Shown here one piece after another: positions 37,201 to 52,200 of a stretch of 64,000 nt of DNA (position 1 is the first letter of the stretch; each line of letters begins with the position of its first letter). The notes below the pieces were generated by a model, which saw nothing but the letters and a program-made list of their open reading frames with translations, was not told where the DNA came from and ran no database searches. Source of the stretch: Orbicella franksi (lineage: Eukaryota); assembly GCA_964199315.1 (NCBI GenBank), contig OZ116706.1, positions 5,642,001 through 5,706,000 on the forward strand, read 5' to 3'. The position numbers were made by a program, and so were the translations under genes.

Positions 37201-40200
37201 TCACTTCATTTCACTTAAAACTGACAACAACGACTTGAGGCAAAAATAGTCAATGTAACATTGAGAGGGGCTAGTTTGCATTGAGTGAATGAATGGTCGC
37301 TATTAGCTTGTCATACTTGGAAGTCCTGCTTTGCTGTAACCGGTCTGTCCTGATACACGACATCCACTGCAGGACGCCTAGCACGTCATCTAGCACCCAA
37401 TAAGGTTTACTCATGCCATCTGAAAAATAACGTTAACACATGCTCAGACTTCTTGTGCCGAATGCGCATACTATTCTCTGACTGGATAAAAAGAAATTGA
37501 AAATGTTAGGTTTACGCACTGAAGCATTGTCCAAAAAAGGTTCTCTAAAGTAGAGTAATAGCCTATATTACAGTTCAGCGCTGAATGATCGGGCCTTTGA
37601 ATAGAAGCTAGGCTGGAGTTGACTCTGGTCTGATACAAACCTTGTTACTTTACAAAGGTAAATTGTTCTGTTATCTTGCACACTAGTTTCTAATCCGTAT
37701 ATTCACAAGGGCAACCTTTACCTCGCTTCCGTGCAGAGGCTTGGTTACATTTCACAGAACTGTAAAGTAGTCTATTGACCAAAATCCCTTTCTTGCGAAT
37801 AAGACAATAAACGATCCTACAGCAGGCCTCGCTATCCTAAAAAAAAAGCCGCAAGCTCGGGTAGCTTTAATTACCGGGTAGCTTTACTTAACCCGATACA
37901 TCTATAAATTATAGATCTTGGCGCGTTTGTTTGAACAAGTTCTAGGCTAGCCCTACCTCGTACTAAATTCAACCCGATGTCCAGCGCTAACTCAGGAGAA
38001 GAGGACGCTAGGTAATATTTCATGGCGTCCAAGAATTTGCTCTCTTCATACAGCTGCTCTGCTTTCCGCAAGCATTCCTCTACGCTTGGTAACCCCGCCT
38101 GATAAGACCAAAGACAAAGGAATTGAAGGAAATCATATCAGAGAAATAAACATTGATAATTTTCTGGAAGTTAAGTCACCTTTTCGTGTAATTCGTTCAC
38201 TTCTGTGACAGTTCCTTGACATCTCGCACACGATTTGATGAGGTGATTCTCGCTGCCGGGCAGTAACTTCAGTAAAGCGATGCAAGTGTCCCTAAAAAAA
38301 AAATTAAGGTTATGATAGTTGACAAGTGACCGATAATCGCAACTCTCACAACTTATGGCGCAATTGACCAACCAGGACGCGAGGCAATCACAAATGACCA
38401 GCGGCAAGCGCAGGAAAACATGATATTTGTGGCAAGCGCGGGAAAGTATGTTATCAGTGGCAAGGGCGGGAAAACATGTCACCTGTGGCAAACGCTGGAA
38501 ACCAAGTACGCAGCTGCAAACGCGGGAAAAACATTTAACCAGTGGCGGGAAAACGGAGTTTGGAGTGAAACGCAATGAGACGCTGTTAACCAATCACCAC
38601 CCTACTTCCGGACTTCACGTCATTCTCCTTCCGTAAACAAAAACATTTTCTTACCATTTTCCTAATTTTTCACATTTTCTTGCCAGAAGCTCTACAGCCA
38701 AGTGATACATGTGACTGTTATCGTTAATCACGATTCCCATGCTGACAGCCAGTTCCAACTCGTTCCCTCGTATGAGTTTGGACAAAGCAAACTATGACGA
38801 AATAAGCTAGTTAGCATATCTAAAGCAAGGGTGCCAGTTAAAAACAGTAATGATGAAATTAATAGAATTGTCAAGAGCACTTGGAAAACAGACTTCATCC
38901 AGGAAAGCTACTTATGAGAAACTGTCAAGAGTAGAAGGAGGAGAAATATTGAGATAATTATGCCAGTTGTTTTGTTGTAAAATAAATTTTCGGCCAAGCG
39001 AGAAGCAAGGCGCAAAAATAAGATGTGCCAGAAAAGTTAAACAAGTCAGCGTGTGTTTACTACTAAATCTGCTAAAACTGGTGCAGGTTGAGTCTAACCT
39101 TGACATCTCCAACAGCTAAGTGACAACAAGCTGCCAGCACAGGCTGCCCACTGTAGAAATACCAGTCTGCCAGCCCTGCGCTGGTGGACTGAAGAAGTCT
39201 GAAGATAACGCAAAAGAGAAACTTAGTCTTATGATGTCATAGATATCCCACTGAGTGAGTGGCCTCATCACCCCTTACAAGACTCAAACACGTTGTTTTC
39301 TACCTCTGCGTTTTCTTGCTTTTCTAAACCGACCTACTAGCCCTAAGCTTCCAATCTTATCTGTCCCGCTAGCGGTCTTTAAAATACTTTTCCTATTTTC
39401 TTAGCATCCCCTACTTCCTGTTAATCCTCCCACGCCCCCCTTCCCCACGCCCCCCGCGCAACCCAAATTTCGCACGCTTTATCCCTTTTTCCCTCTATTC
39501 CAGGGCTTTGCTGACTTTCCCCCCTCAACGTCCTTTCGCTTATCCCTCATTCGTCTCTTCCCTTCATTATTTCCTTTTTTTTTTATTCCCACTTGTTTTC
39601 CTTCACCCCAATGATTCCCTTCCCTCCACTGGCAGTTACTTACCCTTTGTTCTCGTCAGTCATAAAATTTTTCAGTGAAGGCAAGATGTCGTTTTTCCTC
39701 AGATCAAGAGGTTTCTTCTCTTGTTCCTGTGGCAAAGACAGCCCACCCTCGCACGCTACCTGAGCAACCAATAGGGCGTCGTGAAGTTGACCACGTGACG
39801 TAAAAAATTCAACGAGCTGTAAGAGAATATGGCGACAAAACGAACATAAGTACAAACAGTTCATAATTAATGAACCTCTAGAAATTCTCGGTCACCTAGA
39901 CCCTATCTTAAGGATACTAACATTTTGTCGATCTTGCACACTCGCTTGACCTCATTTGTTCTTATTTTCTTTATAATGTATTCTGAATTCATTTTCAAAA
40001 ATTCCCCAAGCTCGTAAATTTCAACACTATTTACAAGTACCGGTATAAGCTTTTCAAGTTTAAAATTTGTTTCGGCGTAAGCGTGAAAGATTGTGGAACA
40101 TCAGGAAGCTGCGACGTGAGTAGCTGCGTTTCTAGCAGCTTTGAATTGTTGTGTGACGCTCATTGCGTAATTTCAACAAAACATTTAACCCTAGGAGAGA

Positions 40201-43200
40201 CTCCCATATAAAAAAGGACAGGGTTGCTCGTCGAAAACGTTTAAAGGAACCCCTGAGAGGAATTAAGATCCTGTTTTTAGGGCGTGGCTTCAAATTTTTT
40301 CCAACCTTCAGAGGTACCGATTCTAGAACAACACATCATCTCCTGTCGTATATTTTTACGGCTCATTACCCTAAAAGTTACCACGACAGCTTCCACTGAG
40401 GAACTTTTGAGGCTGAACACCCTGAGAGGTACGAAAACCGCTTTTTTAACCCCTAAAAGGTACAACGAGCCCCCCCCCGTCGTTCTTATATGCGAGTCCC
40501 CCCCGGGCATTTAGGATCTTGTGTACATTCAATAGCAGGGACAGAAATACCGTAAGGCATATCGGCAGATGTATCACCAAAATACTGGAACAATCGCACA
40601 TAATTCTTAGAGTAAGCTAAATCATGGTTTTTTAGTGGCGGTACCTTGGTCACATCTCCTAACGCAGCACAGTACGGGACGGCAGCGTCATCATCTTCTC
40701 TCATGAGCTGAGACGTTCGCCTGAAACAAGTTCATCCAGGAAGCGGTCAAGAAATTGAAATTATATTACATGTGTATTGCATTTACTTCACAAAGTGCTC
40801 TAGGGTTTGCAGAGAAAAAAACAAGGTAATGACAGGGATTTGAATAGACACCTTTCAATTAGCTCTCTCCAATAGTCCATTGAAACTCCGGGAGCCATAG
40901 CGAGTGCTCTGTCCCACTACAAACACAACAAATGACAAATTAAATAGATAAGTAATGAGACATGTTATATCGATCAGGTTAGAACTATTTATGGCAAGTT
41001 CAATCTATATTTCTCTGGTCCTTCTATCTGGAACAATTTGGATGAAGAGATAAAACGCTTATCTCTGCGTTTATTTAAACAAAACTTGACTAAGCAATTT
41101 CTAAGTTCTTATGCTTAATGCTAGCTTAGTATTTTTCTTTAAGTTACTATCGCTCTTAATTAAACAATGCTTTGTCAATAACTGCTACTATTACTGCTTA
41201 TATTTCTTTTTATATTTATATCTCTATATATATATTTTTTTCTCCCTCCTCTTTTCTTTATTTTTCCTACAACCAATTTAAAGCATAATAATCCTTGTAA
41301 CTACTCAGTTCGTTTAGTTCTTACTATTTTGAGTAGTTTTGTTGCTTATTTAAGTTTAATTTATTTTTTTGCTGTATGATATTCTATGTGTTACGTAAAT
41401 AAAATGGTTGTTGTTGTTGTCGAGACAAAAATTACAGTATAGCCAAACTTCTGACTAGTGTTAAAAAATTGGGTACATTGTTGAGGAGCTCAAACGTATT
41501 CTGACATAGTTTGTCGAATACATACAACGCTTCAAAGCAGAACGTGTTTCTCCATTTGCTCGGGGTAGCATTTTTTAAAATGCTATTCATTTTGTACTGA
41601 CTAAAATCAATACAAAATGAATTCTAGTAGTAATACGCTTTGAAATGTTGCTTTTGTTTGTTGTTGTTTTCCCGCGCTTGGCGCCAGTCGCGTGTCCTTG
41701 CTCCGAGTTCTCATTGATTCGTTGTGTGTTTAACAATAAAATATTAAATCACTTAATCCAAGTGTCGAAGTGTTTAACACTGCTGTACTGATACACTGAG
41801 AAAAGCAAACACATATTGTAAGTAGAACAGAACCTTGTTAAAAATCCCAGCTGGTGGAAGGCTAACCAGTTGGCTAGTTACAAACTACAAAGCATGGAGG
41901 AGTTGAATTTGGGACTACCATACGCAAACCCATCTAGTGGCAGGGAGGAGGATTTGAACTCGGGACCACGGGATTTCAAATTCAGCGCTCTAAACACGAG
42001 GCCACGCCTCCTCCCCGTTTATGCCTATTGTGATCGGTCATTGAGATTATTTTGCATTTGGTAAGTATTACGTACCTCGCCAAGTTCAACCATGAGCTCA
42101 CAGTATCTCTGTAGCTGGCCAATCTTGGCATGGAGACTCGACGCTTCTTTAATTCTGTCCTCCCTCTTGGACACCAATCCTCCTGCTCGTCCCGACAAAG
42201 TTCGCACCGTTTCTAATTCCTGTGCCTCTGACTAAAAACACACACAGCAAACAAAGTGGAGTCAGGCTGTTTCAAAAGTAACCCTTTCAGTCAAAAAAGA
42301 TATTCACCTTTTGGATTGTCGTTCGTTTCAGTCTATGTTAGATCTGAGAATATGGAGATACATCAAGACAAAATCAACATGCTGATGAGTCTCTTTATCC
42401 TCAATACTTAATTGTTTGCTTCACAATGCAATGATATTGTAAGGAGAAATAAAATGTGGAACATACTCTGCGAAGGTCATTTTAAGTTCAGTCTACAAAT
42501 TTTGACGACATTGAATTCACTAGAATAGCTCCAGGAAAGCAACGTTAGATTTCTATTAAGCCGAAACGCAAACGATCAAAGTGTTTCCTTTGTCTAGTGC
42601 TTGCACTTATGATTGCGCTGGTAATGTGAGAACTGAACAGCTAAGTCAACGTTTCAGTTGTCCACCAACGCAGCCCAACAGTTTCTTTAGAAACCAATAC
42701 CTTTTCTTGACCTAAGTTTCCGGAAATACATAGTGCAAACGTACAGTGTACAATACTCACTGCTTTGTGTTTCACAAGATGTTTTGTATGCATGATGCCT
42801 TTGCTGTAAGATGCTGGTAACAAGCTGTCATCACCATCCCTCAATACTAACACCAAATCCCACAGGTTCCTTGCTCCACATGGGGGCTGAAAGACAAATC
42901 AATATTCTTTATAAATCCACATATTCCTCCAACTAATACAGTAGGAACATCTAGATATCAATAGAGAGAATTTTGATGCAAATCTTACTGTAAAGAAGTC
43001 TGAGACGAGTTTAATTGCTGACAAGTGAGCAGCTTCTCCTTTGGCTGCAACAGTTGCTTTCAGTTCACGAGAAACTCTCCCATTCAACAGCGGTAAGCCA
43101 CCAGTTGACATGGCCGTTTCTTCAAAAAGACAAAAAAAATACGTCATTTATGAAATGCAAGAAGAAAGAGACCAATCTTAGAATTCTTGGATCTCGTTTG

Positions 43201-46200
43201 TTTCATGTTCTTGCACGAAACCAAAAATGACTAAGAATTAACACTTCATTGCTGTACCATGACAAGAAGTAAGAGAAAGAAAACTACTTTTCCCAGTGTA
43301 CTCTGTTTTCCAGTACGTGTAAAACAGGGATGTAGACCAGAACAATCGAGATTTTTTTAAACTTTCTTTAGAGTAACAATCTATTATCTGGGACCACCGG
43401 ACCACAGTACACCCAAAGAGATATATCATTGTGAGACTACAAGTGGAGAAAAACAGATTGAGTGGCACAAACAAATGTACTATTAATGGTGCATATTCAA
43501 AGAGCCATGTCTGCAATCAGGATGGACAAGGACAATCAAACTTCCCGTAAACGAATGTTCACCCTTAGGACCAGAGAAAGTGTTCGCTTAAGAGAAGCCC
43601 CAGCTTATGTGGCTGGAACCATTATTAAGTGTCCGCTTACAGGAGGTGTCAGTCCCTTTTACTGCACAACTTAATACTGGAGATTCAACTGTACGGATAT
43701 ACCTTTAGATTCGGGGGTGGCGGGGGAGGGTTGGGGGTGGGAGGGATGTTAAGCAAACTCGAAGACAAACTCCTGACAAGCTCCCGATGCGACGTACCAG
43801 TATTGTTAGTGACAATGTCATCCAGTGGTCTTTTAGCCAGCACGTCAATCTGCAAGGAACACGCCAAATGGGACAGAGTCCAGATTCTGACAGTGGAATC
43901 ACGTGAACAAGACGCAATAGTGAAAGGTCTGTATCTATGACATGTCAGACCTACAAATGAAGGCACAGAACACTATATCAGTGTAAGTAATACATTGACG
44001 TGAATTTGGCTGTTCTACACATGAAAATTGTAAGAGACACAGGGGCCTCTTGGTTAGTGCGTTCGTCTCTGGATCGAGCGGTCCGAGCTCGAGCCCTAGC
44101 CAGGGACACTGCATTGAATTCTCGGGCAAGACACTTAACTCTCACAGTGCCTCTCTCCATTCACGAGTATAAATGGGTACCGGCGAACTTAATGCTGGGG
44201 GTAACCCTGCAATGGACTAGCATCCCATCCAGGGGGAGTAGAAATACTCCTAGTCGCTTCATGCTACAGAAACCGGGATAAGCTCTGGCCTAATAGGCCA
44301 CTTCGCTTGTATGCAGACTTTACCCGTTTTTAACACATGAAAATTACTGAACAAAAAGTTGGACATTGTTAATCCATACCATAGACATCTGCTCCATGAT
44401 CTAACACAGTTTCCATACAGGATCCATCTCTGTAACGGTACAAACACAAAACACACTGATATTGCTGAATGGTAACAAGATTAACTATACACTGACAGCT
44501 CTTCAAAACCTCATTCAAATTCACAGAAAAACTTTGTAGATTTTCAGCCAATTACCTTGTATCCCAAATTCTTATCGCATAATCCCAGCTTCCTGAAATC
44601 AGAAGAAACGGAAGCTCTGGGTTCCACAGGAGACCACGTACAGGAGCCTTGTGACCTTCTAATGTGTGTACACAGGAATCCTAATCATACAAGCAATGAA
44701 TGAGTTCTTTCACTGCATACTAGTTATGCAATGCTTCCACATGGTGTACCATGGAATATCCCACAAGTCACTTGACTGTATTTTCTTGGTATACACACAG
44801 GCTTTTGGGCCAGTGTCTATACCAAGAACATACAGGCAATAAGTGGGATATTTCATGGTATACCACAAGAGGGCATTGCATAACTATTTTATACCATGCC
44901 ACAGAAAATACAGTGGCCAACACAATCAATGCGACATACGCACAACGCACGATGGGAAGGTTGGGTGTAATACCGTCGATTGTACAATGGTTTTCCTGTA
45001 TTCTGATTGGCTGTATTTTCTATGGCATGGTATAAAAACAAATAGACAAAGTTAAGACCATACAGAGCAGAATATTTTGTAACTTATGAAGTCTAAATCC
45101 CTTCTCAAAGTTGTAGCGCTAAGCTTGAAGGGGGGATTCAGGTCTTTGCACATCACATGCAAAGAATGAAAAGGTAAATTGTCTCACCTCAGTGTAATCC
45201 CAGATTTTAATGGTGCTGATGAAATAGCAAAAACAGATTAGTGTTATGGGGTGACTCTGCCAGGTAAAACACATCTCACTAATTAAAATACAATTTGAAT
45301 AAATTCTAATGTGTGCTTCTGAAAAAACTATAAAATATCCATACCCACCCTAAGGAGGGTTATCGGAAATTCTAAGGGGGAGGGGGTGTCAAAAGCCAAA
45401 ATGATTAAAGGAAAGTAAAACTGGAATTTCCAATGGGATGGGCAGAGTTGTTCAAACCAAGAAACGCCCTGTGTGAGGGGTGTGGATATTTCTGGTAAAA
45501 CACAGTACATTGTACTTGCTCAAGCGAAAAAAAGTCTTTTTAACACTGATTATTATTACTACCTGAAACAGGTCATTTTGACTTACCCATCATCTGATCC
45601 ACTGCAGAGAATTGCTTCTCTTATAGGACTCCATTTAACATGGAAGATCTTTGCTGTGTGACCTACACAGAATCAACCATCATAAAATTAAGACAGTTAA
45701 ACAAGGTTACCTGGTAAATGCCCAACCTTTAATTAACTAGTTACCCTCTTTAAGCATTATGGCTTAATTCTTTCTTAATAAAAAGACATTAATAGAGTAA
45801 CCCAATGTCCTTACATTATGCTTTGTAAGTTATTGATTTGTATATTTTGCAAATTACATCTCTCAACAGAAAAAAAATAGATTTCTAAAGGTCTGATCAA
45901 AAGGCTTTTCAAGATATAGATTATGTTAAAAGGCCTCGTTAAGCCCATGACTTGTATTAAGTTTCAGATGTTAAAGAAGCATGAACATTACCAGAGAATA
46001 TCTTTAAAGGAAGATCTGTACTTGCAGCAACATAAAACACTCTGACACATTTGTCTTCGCAACCTGTTGCGATCATATCTCTATGAAACAGAGAGAAACA
46101 GTATGAAATTGAGTTCATTAAACAACACCTGCAAGATTTTGTGACAGCATGCAACATTTGTATTGAAAACGCTGCACATTGGAAAATGTTCTTGAAAAAT

Positions 46201-49200
46201 AACCTTAAATTGGATCACACTCCAAACCCAAGTCTACCAGTCTGATCATTAGATGGATTTACAAGTAACTTGATCATGCTGGCACCAAGCTAAACAGTCT
46301 ATTTAGAGCTCAGATGGATACATTTGAATAATTATACTATATCAGCAACTTATTCCTTACCACATAAAAGTGATTTCTATTGATTTATACTTGTGTAGGG
46401 ATTTGACATACACCTACCTGTTATTGAGGCTCCAGTCACAGCCATATACAGGCCCAGGGTGTTTGTATCTTTTGACCAAAGTTCCATCCACCTGCCTCAC
46501 AACACTGAAAATAGATAAGCATTACACATGCAGTTGAGCCACACTATCGCAAACTCTCAAGGGTTTACCAAACTCAAAATAGTCCAGATGAGATGGCAAG
46601 GGTAGATAAACCCAATAGTGAGTGACTGAAAAAAAAGCACGTCTAAGGGAAAGCATTTTGAGTTTGCAAGAGCAGTGACTTCACGATAATCTTTGAGATG
46701 ACCACAATCATGTAAATTTTAACAATAAGTCTGATTGTGGGAGAAAAGAAATTTTTTCCAAGAAGCAAAATAATGGAAATGCCAGAAATTTGGAAACCAG
46801 ATCTAAGAGCTTTGAAAGAGTTGTCATCCCCCATATTCCTAAAGATTGACATTGAGTTATATTGAACTTGCACACTGACAAAATTCTTATCCCTTACCTC
46901 AAATTTTCTTAATCAAAACTTCACTAAAACTATGATGGTAGCAACAATTGCTTGACATATACTTTTTTTTAAGATGATGGTAAGAAAGAAGATAAATTGA
47001 AAGATTTCATATTAAGTAACAGTAAAATTAAGGGAAGACTTACCATGATCCATCTGCACTGCAGGAGGCAATTCGTCGTGAATCCTTGTGATTCCAGCTC
47101 ACGTTGTAAACATTATGCTTTCCATGCTGAAACAAGGAGAAATGGGAAAAGCTAATTAAAATTTAAATTGAAAAAAAAAATCAATCAAAGAAAGCCAGGG
47201 GATAGCAACAAAAAACTTTTATTCCTTTTTCATTAATTTACAGCCATGAATTTTAGGTTAATGAGTTGTTTCTGTGTCTTACAGTGTGCATCTACACTTT
47301 ATTATTAAAAGTAATTAAGTTAGAAACTTAAAGATAATAACAGCATGAACCCTCAGGTAGTCAAGGCTAATCTAGGTGGGCCACATGTATGTTTAAGTTA
47401 TACAATTAAATACACTATTAAGCTTACTATTCAACTACTTACTAGACATGTTTAATAAAGGGTTAGCAGTGTATCCCACCTGTAATTTATTATCTGGAGG
47501 TCAGTCAGTAATCCTACAGTACACTGATATTGATTCCGTCACCCCATTTAACATTTTAAGAAACTTCAGAACAGCAAAATTTCATCTCACGTCACTTGAA
47601 AGTAAGGGTACATCTGATTTCACGGATATTTTATACATTCACTTCCATAAGAGGAAGTTATGTTGGTGACAGGCCCAATATTTATTCCTTCAAACCTAGG
47701 GCTTTTTCAATTAACGATGAACCATTTCCAGTGATGGATGGAATGGCATTTTCCAGGAATTATTTCCGCAAAAGAGGACAACCTAGCTAGGAATTTACGG
47801 ATATATCTCATTGAGAGTTTCTGTTCCATTTGACTTTTCCATGAAATTGTCTGTACCATTTGTGACCCATTTTAAAATTTCCAGAATTTCTGGTTGAGCG
47901 GAAAGCACCCCTAGTCCCATTTGCATATCAACACTCTACATGTAATGGAGATTGAAAATACTTTTTTTATGGCATGGACATTTTTCCTAATAATCACCTC
48001 AGTAAATCTCTTGATAATTTTTTCCTTGGCTATATCCCATATGAACACACCATTCTTTGCAGTTGCTCCACAAATACAATTGATGTCTCCTGCAAATTGT
48101 CAAAATTAAAGTCAGTTTTCCCATTGTATTTGTACCATGAGGAAAACAGGTATTTAGTGAATAAAAAGGTTAGCTGCAGTCCTCTATGGCCTTCTCCCTG
48201 CATGTAATTCAGATGTGCAGTGTTTAGGAAAGGAAAATCTTGATAAGTAAATCAATTTAGTTTGTAGCAGAACTCTACATTTTCACTCATTTTGACTTGC
48301 CCAATGACCTTGCCAAAAACATGGCACAACTTGTAAAATGTACACAGTCTGCAGTACTATGCACTGACATGTCCAATAAGTAAATATAAATGACTGGGTG
48401 ACTAGAGGCACTGTGCGTCAAGTCTCTCATCTTATAACGAAACATACATGTAAATTGATCTCAGATTATGTATATATAAAAAGATTCAAGACCTGAAATT
48501 TAAACAAAATACCAAAAACGATCAAAAGAATAAGTATGAAAAATACCAGGTGCCCAGGAAAGAGCATAAATGATCCCTTCGTTCCCGGGAGAAGAATGCA
48601 CCTGTGAAATAAAATTACATTGTTCAGTGAATTTTCATATGCATGTACATGTATATCAAAGACTACTGGTAATGATTAAGGGAAGCCAAGCTTTTTAGTC
48701 CAGCAGACGTTACTTCTGGATAGAAAAAGCTGTTTTGTGAAAAGTTGTCCTACAGAAGCTTTAAAAGCAACAATGCCAGAAGGTACCAAGGATGGGGCTG
48801 GTTTTCTTTCATTTGATCAAAGTTCAAGCTGTCTCAGCACGAAAAAAGAAGATACCATAAACACTGGGATTGTCCTTCTATCAGGATCAAATACCTTGAA
48901 CTTTGATCAACCATTGCTAAACTAGTTTTAACACCATTATTTCTTTTGGTACATGTATATTTGACGAGAAAGTCACATTGTGCTTATGTTTTCATGGGAC
49001 AACCTTCCTCAAAACAGCTATATACAAAGTAAGTCAGCCAATACAAACAGAATAGATACTTACAGCATTCATTGTGTTAACATCCCAGACTTTGATGGTC
49101 CCATCAAATGATGCTGTGGCTAACAAGTCTGGACTTTCTGGCTTGAATTTGCAATCAAATATTGTCTCTACATGCCCCTGAAAATTACCAAATTAAAATG

Positions 49201-52200
49201 ATTAGAATCAACTACTATTATACAAAAGATTGAAAGATTTTATAATTTTGCTTTGTGTGATTACTCCTGGAATTTTACTCCACTTGATCCAATTACGAAT
49301 TACCTATCAGTACCAATTCGACTTAATTTGACCAACAATAGACGAACCAAAAACCGACCAATTTGACTAACAATAGACAGATACCAACCAATGACTGATG
49401 ACAAACTTTACACAAGTCATTACAGTCAGCCAATACCATCATGGCTAAACTGACCAATCATGTGCAACAGACCAGACTTATAACATCATCAACTGACAAA
49501 CACTATTCACTTGACTCTGAAGATGACTTCCGCTCAGGTTGTCGAAACGTCAGTCACCAACAACAGTTCTTTTCACAACTACCCTCACCCGGACGATCAC
49601 ACTATACGAACTACTGATACTCCTGGGGTCAAACCATTTACTAAGTAACCATTATCACTGAGCAGACATGATAGATGTACCAGTATGTGTTCAAGTTAAC
49701 TCACCATTTCTCGAAGAAAGCTCCATTTACGTTTCCCCAAATCATATAACCCAACCCCCCCATCCATAAATGTACACAGAATGCTTGCGGGAGGTAGAGA
49801 ATATGTGATGTGATTTGGCTGAGATGGTGGCATACTTGCCACTGAAGTTGATGAAAGTCCAACAGATGTTTCAATATTGTTGGTTGATGTGCTCTGGAAT
49901 GGTTCTACTACAATGAGAGCATGAAAGCCAGTCATTTTTAATTTAATGCTGATCATAGGAGAACTCTTGGACACATTCCAGACCCGCAGAATGCCAGCTT
50001 GAGTATCTAGAAAGAATGGCAGATTTATAAATCAAGTTAAATTTTCTAAGTTCATAACTTCATATTCATCTGTCTAATCAGTCTATTGCGTCAGTGTCTT
50101 GAATGCTACTTTCACTATGGGGGTGCTTATTGGAATGGGGGGGGGGTTATTAGACAACAGCACTCATGAAATCAATGGGGAGTGCTCATTACAAAGGGAG
50201 CATTTATTGGAAGGACGGCTCTAAACAGAATCATTATCAGATAAGTTCTCCATGCAAAGTAACATCCTTGGCTATTACTTGTATGAAATTCAAAACTGAG
50301 AAGCAAAGTTTTCAGAATATGCACTCAGTAAATTATAAGGAAATTACTTGAGAGATCAGATTGTAAAACATAGTAGTTTTCAACTGAGTGTCGTAAAACT
50401 GTCAAAACCAAAGTAATCACTCTTGACTAGCCAATCACAAAGGACATGGACAATGCAGTGAACCAATCAAAACTTGAAGTAATGACATCTAACCGACACA
50501 AAGCGCATGAAAACGTATGCCAACGAGCCACGATTGGTTTTCGTTAAATTACTTACATGCATGATTGGATAAAAAAATGGTATGAGTTTTGAAGCCAATG
50601 AATCATGATTTCAACAAAACCAGTTACTTTTCACCACTCATGTTAAAACTGCTCTAATCGCAATTTTTACCTCCAGTTACAAACACTCCAGGTGCAGAGG
50701 GGACCCATGCCAATGTATGAATCTTTATTGCAGAGCTTGGTAACTTAAAATTCATAACCACAGTCATAGAATCGGTGTCAATCAGCCTCATTCCATGATG
50801 AGCATTTGAAACCAACAAGTAATCCGCAGACAATGGATCCCATTCGAGGCTTGTCACAGGATCTTCATCATCAGGATCATCAACAGATTCAGGTCTTAAA
50901 TAATGTTTGAAAGCTTTCTGTCCTGGACTTACGACAGATATACTTCCGTCATTATGCCCAAACACAAGTTTCCCTATCTTTCTTTGATTCCAGCGAAATT
51001 GACACACCTCAGAAAAAAACATCATGGATTCTAAATGCTTGGACAACACCCCTCCATTGGTAGAGGTATAGTTCCAAATGTGCATAGGCCCTCGGCCGCA
51101 TATATAAGCTATACAATCAGAATCATGTGGACACCACCCAATGCTTGTAATTGGTGCAGACTTGACATTCTCTAGTGTAGCAATGACACTTTGTTGTGAC
51201 ACACTCCATACACAAATGCAACTATAACTACTAGATGTTGCAAGGAGGTCAGGGTTTTTGGGATGCCATGAAATGCAGGTGATGGTCTTCTTATGCTGTG
51301 CCATGATGGCAGATAGACGGAATTCATTGAATTGTTGATCCAACTACAAATTAAAGAAAAGAAACAAGAATCAATTCGGGGCTGTACATGTACATGTACT
51401 AAGTATTTACTGTGCTTTTCAACAACATGCAAACCCTTAAGTTACGGACGTTGACTCCCATTGTTGTGGCATCCTTATGAACTAGACCTGCATTACCATC
51501 TTAAAGCTCACATGTTTTAATTGCACTTCAACAATGGACCTTTTTAAAAGTGTCACACTTTTCCATTTAGTTTTTTTTTCCATTCCAGTAAAAAATAAAT
51601 TACATTGCTCAATTTATAATGCCAATTTAGTACATCTGTGAAAGTTTCATTAAAATCTGTTGCAAACACATAAAAATATGAGATCCCTAATTTTCCAATT
51701 TTTACAACAAAATGTATGCCAGGGGACAATGCTTGCCCCTTGGCATACAATTTTTTGTAAGGTTGGAGTCCCATATTGTCATGAGTTTCCAATGGATTCT
51801 TATAAAACTTTGTAGATTTACTAAATACAGAATAATACATGTTGGACTATGGAGGTGATATTTGTTTATTTGAAAAAGACCAAAAATTGTTGATATGTAT
51901 ATTGCGTGACATCGGTAAAACGGTCCACTACATAAAGATCTGGGACCAATATTCGCCCACACAGCTGCCGTGTTTGGTGATAGTTTCATCGGTAACACCG
52001 GCACTTGGCTGCAGCTCATTGACTTTATAAAAAATTTTGCCCATAGAAAATATGGGCTCACTGTGTTATGGTAAATTACTTTAGTTTCAACATGCCTATA
52101 TGACAGCAGACTGGTAAATCACTGAGCAAGCACGATATTTTTTCTTCCCAGGGCTAACTTAATTTTTGCATATATTAATAAGTGTATGACCAGGGCTCTC

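Noticed and set aside
39908-39917. GTATCCTT (U12-type donor-like) on the minus strand
   Set aside because: It lies mid-intron, not at an exon boundary; all reconstructed WDR17 junctions fit ordinary GT-AG sites.
41930-42013. tRNA-like A/B boxes here and at 44041-44100 and 62395-62450
   Set aside because: No complete cloverleaf or anticodon arm, and each is fused to repeat bodies; these are SINE heads, not tRNA genes.
43685-43797. Read-through of WDR17 exon 14 into a poly-proline stretch
   Set aside because: It derives from a simple G-rich tract on the plus strand; a good donor (G|gtacgt) and a phase-matched next exon explain the gene.
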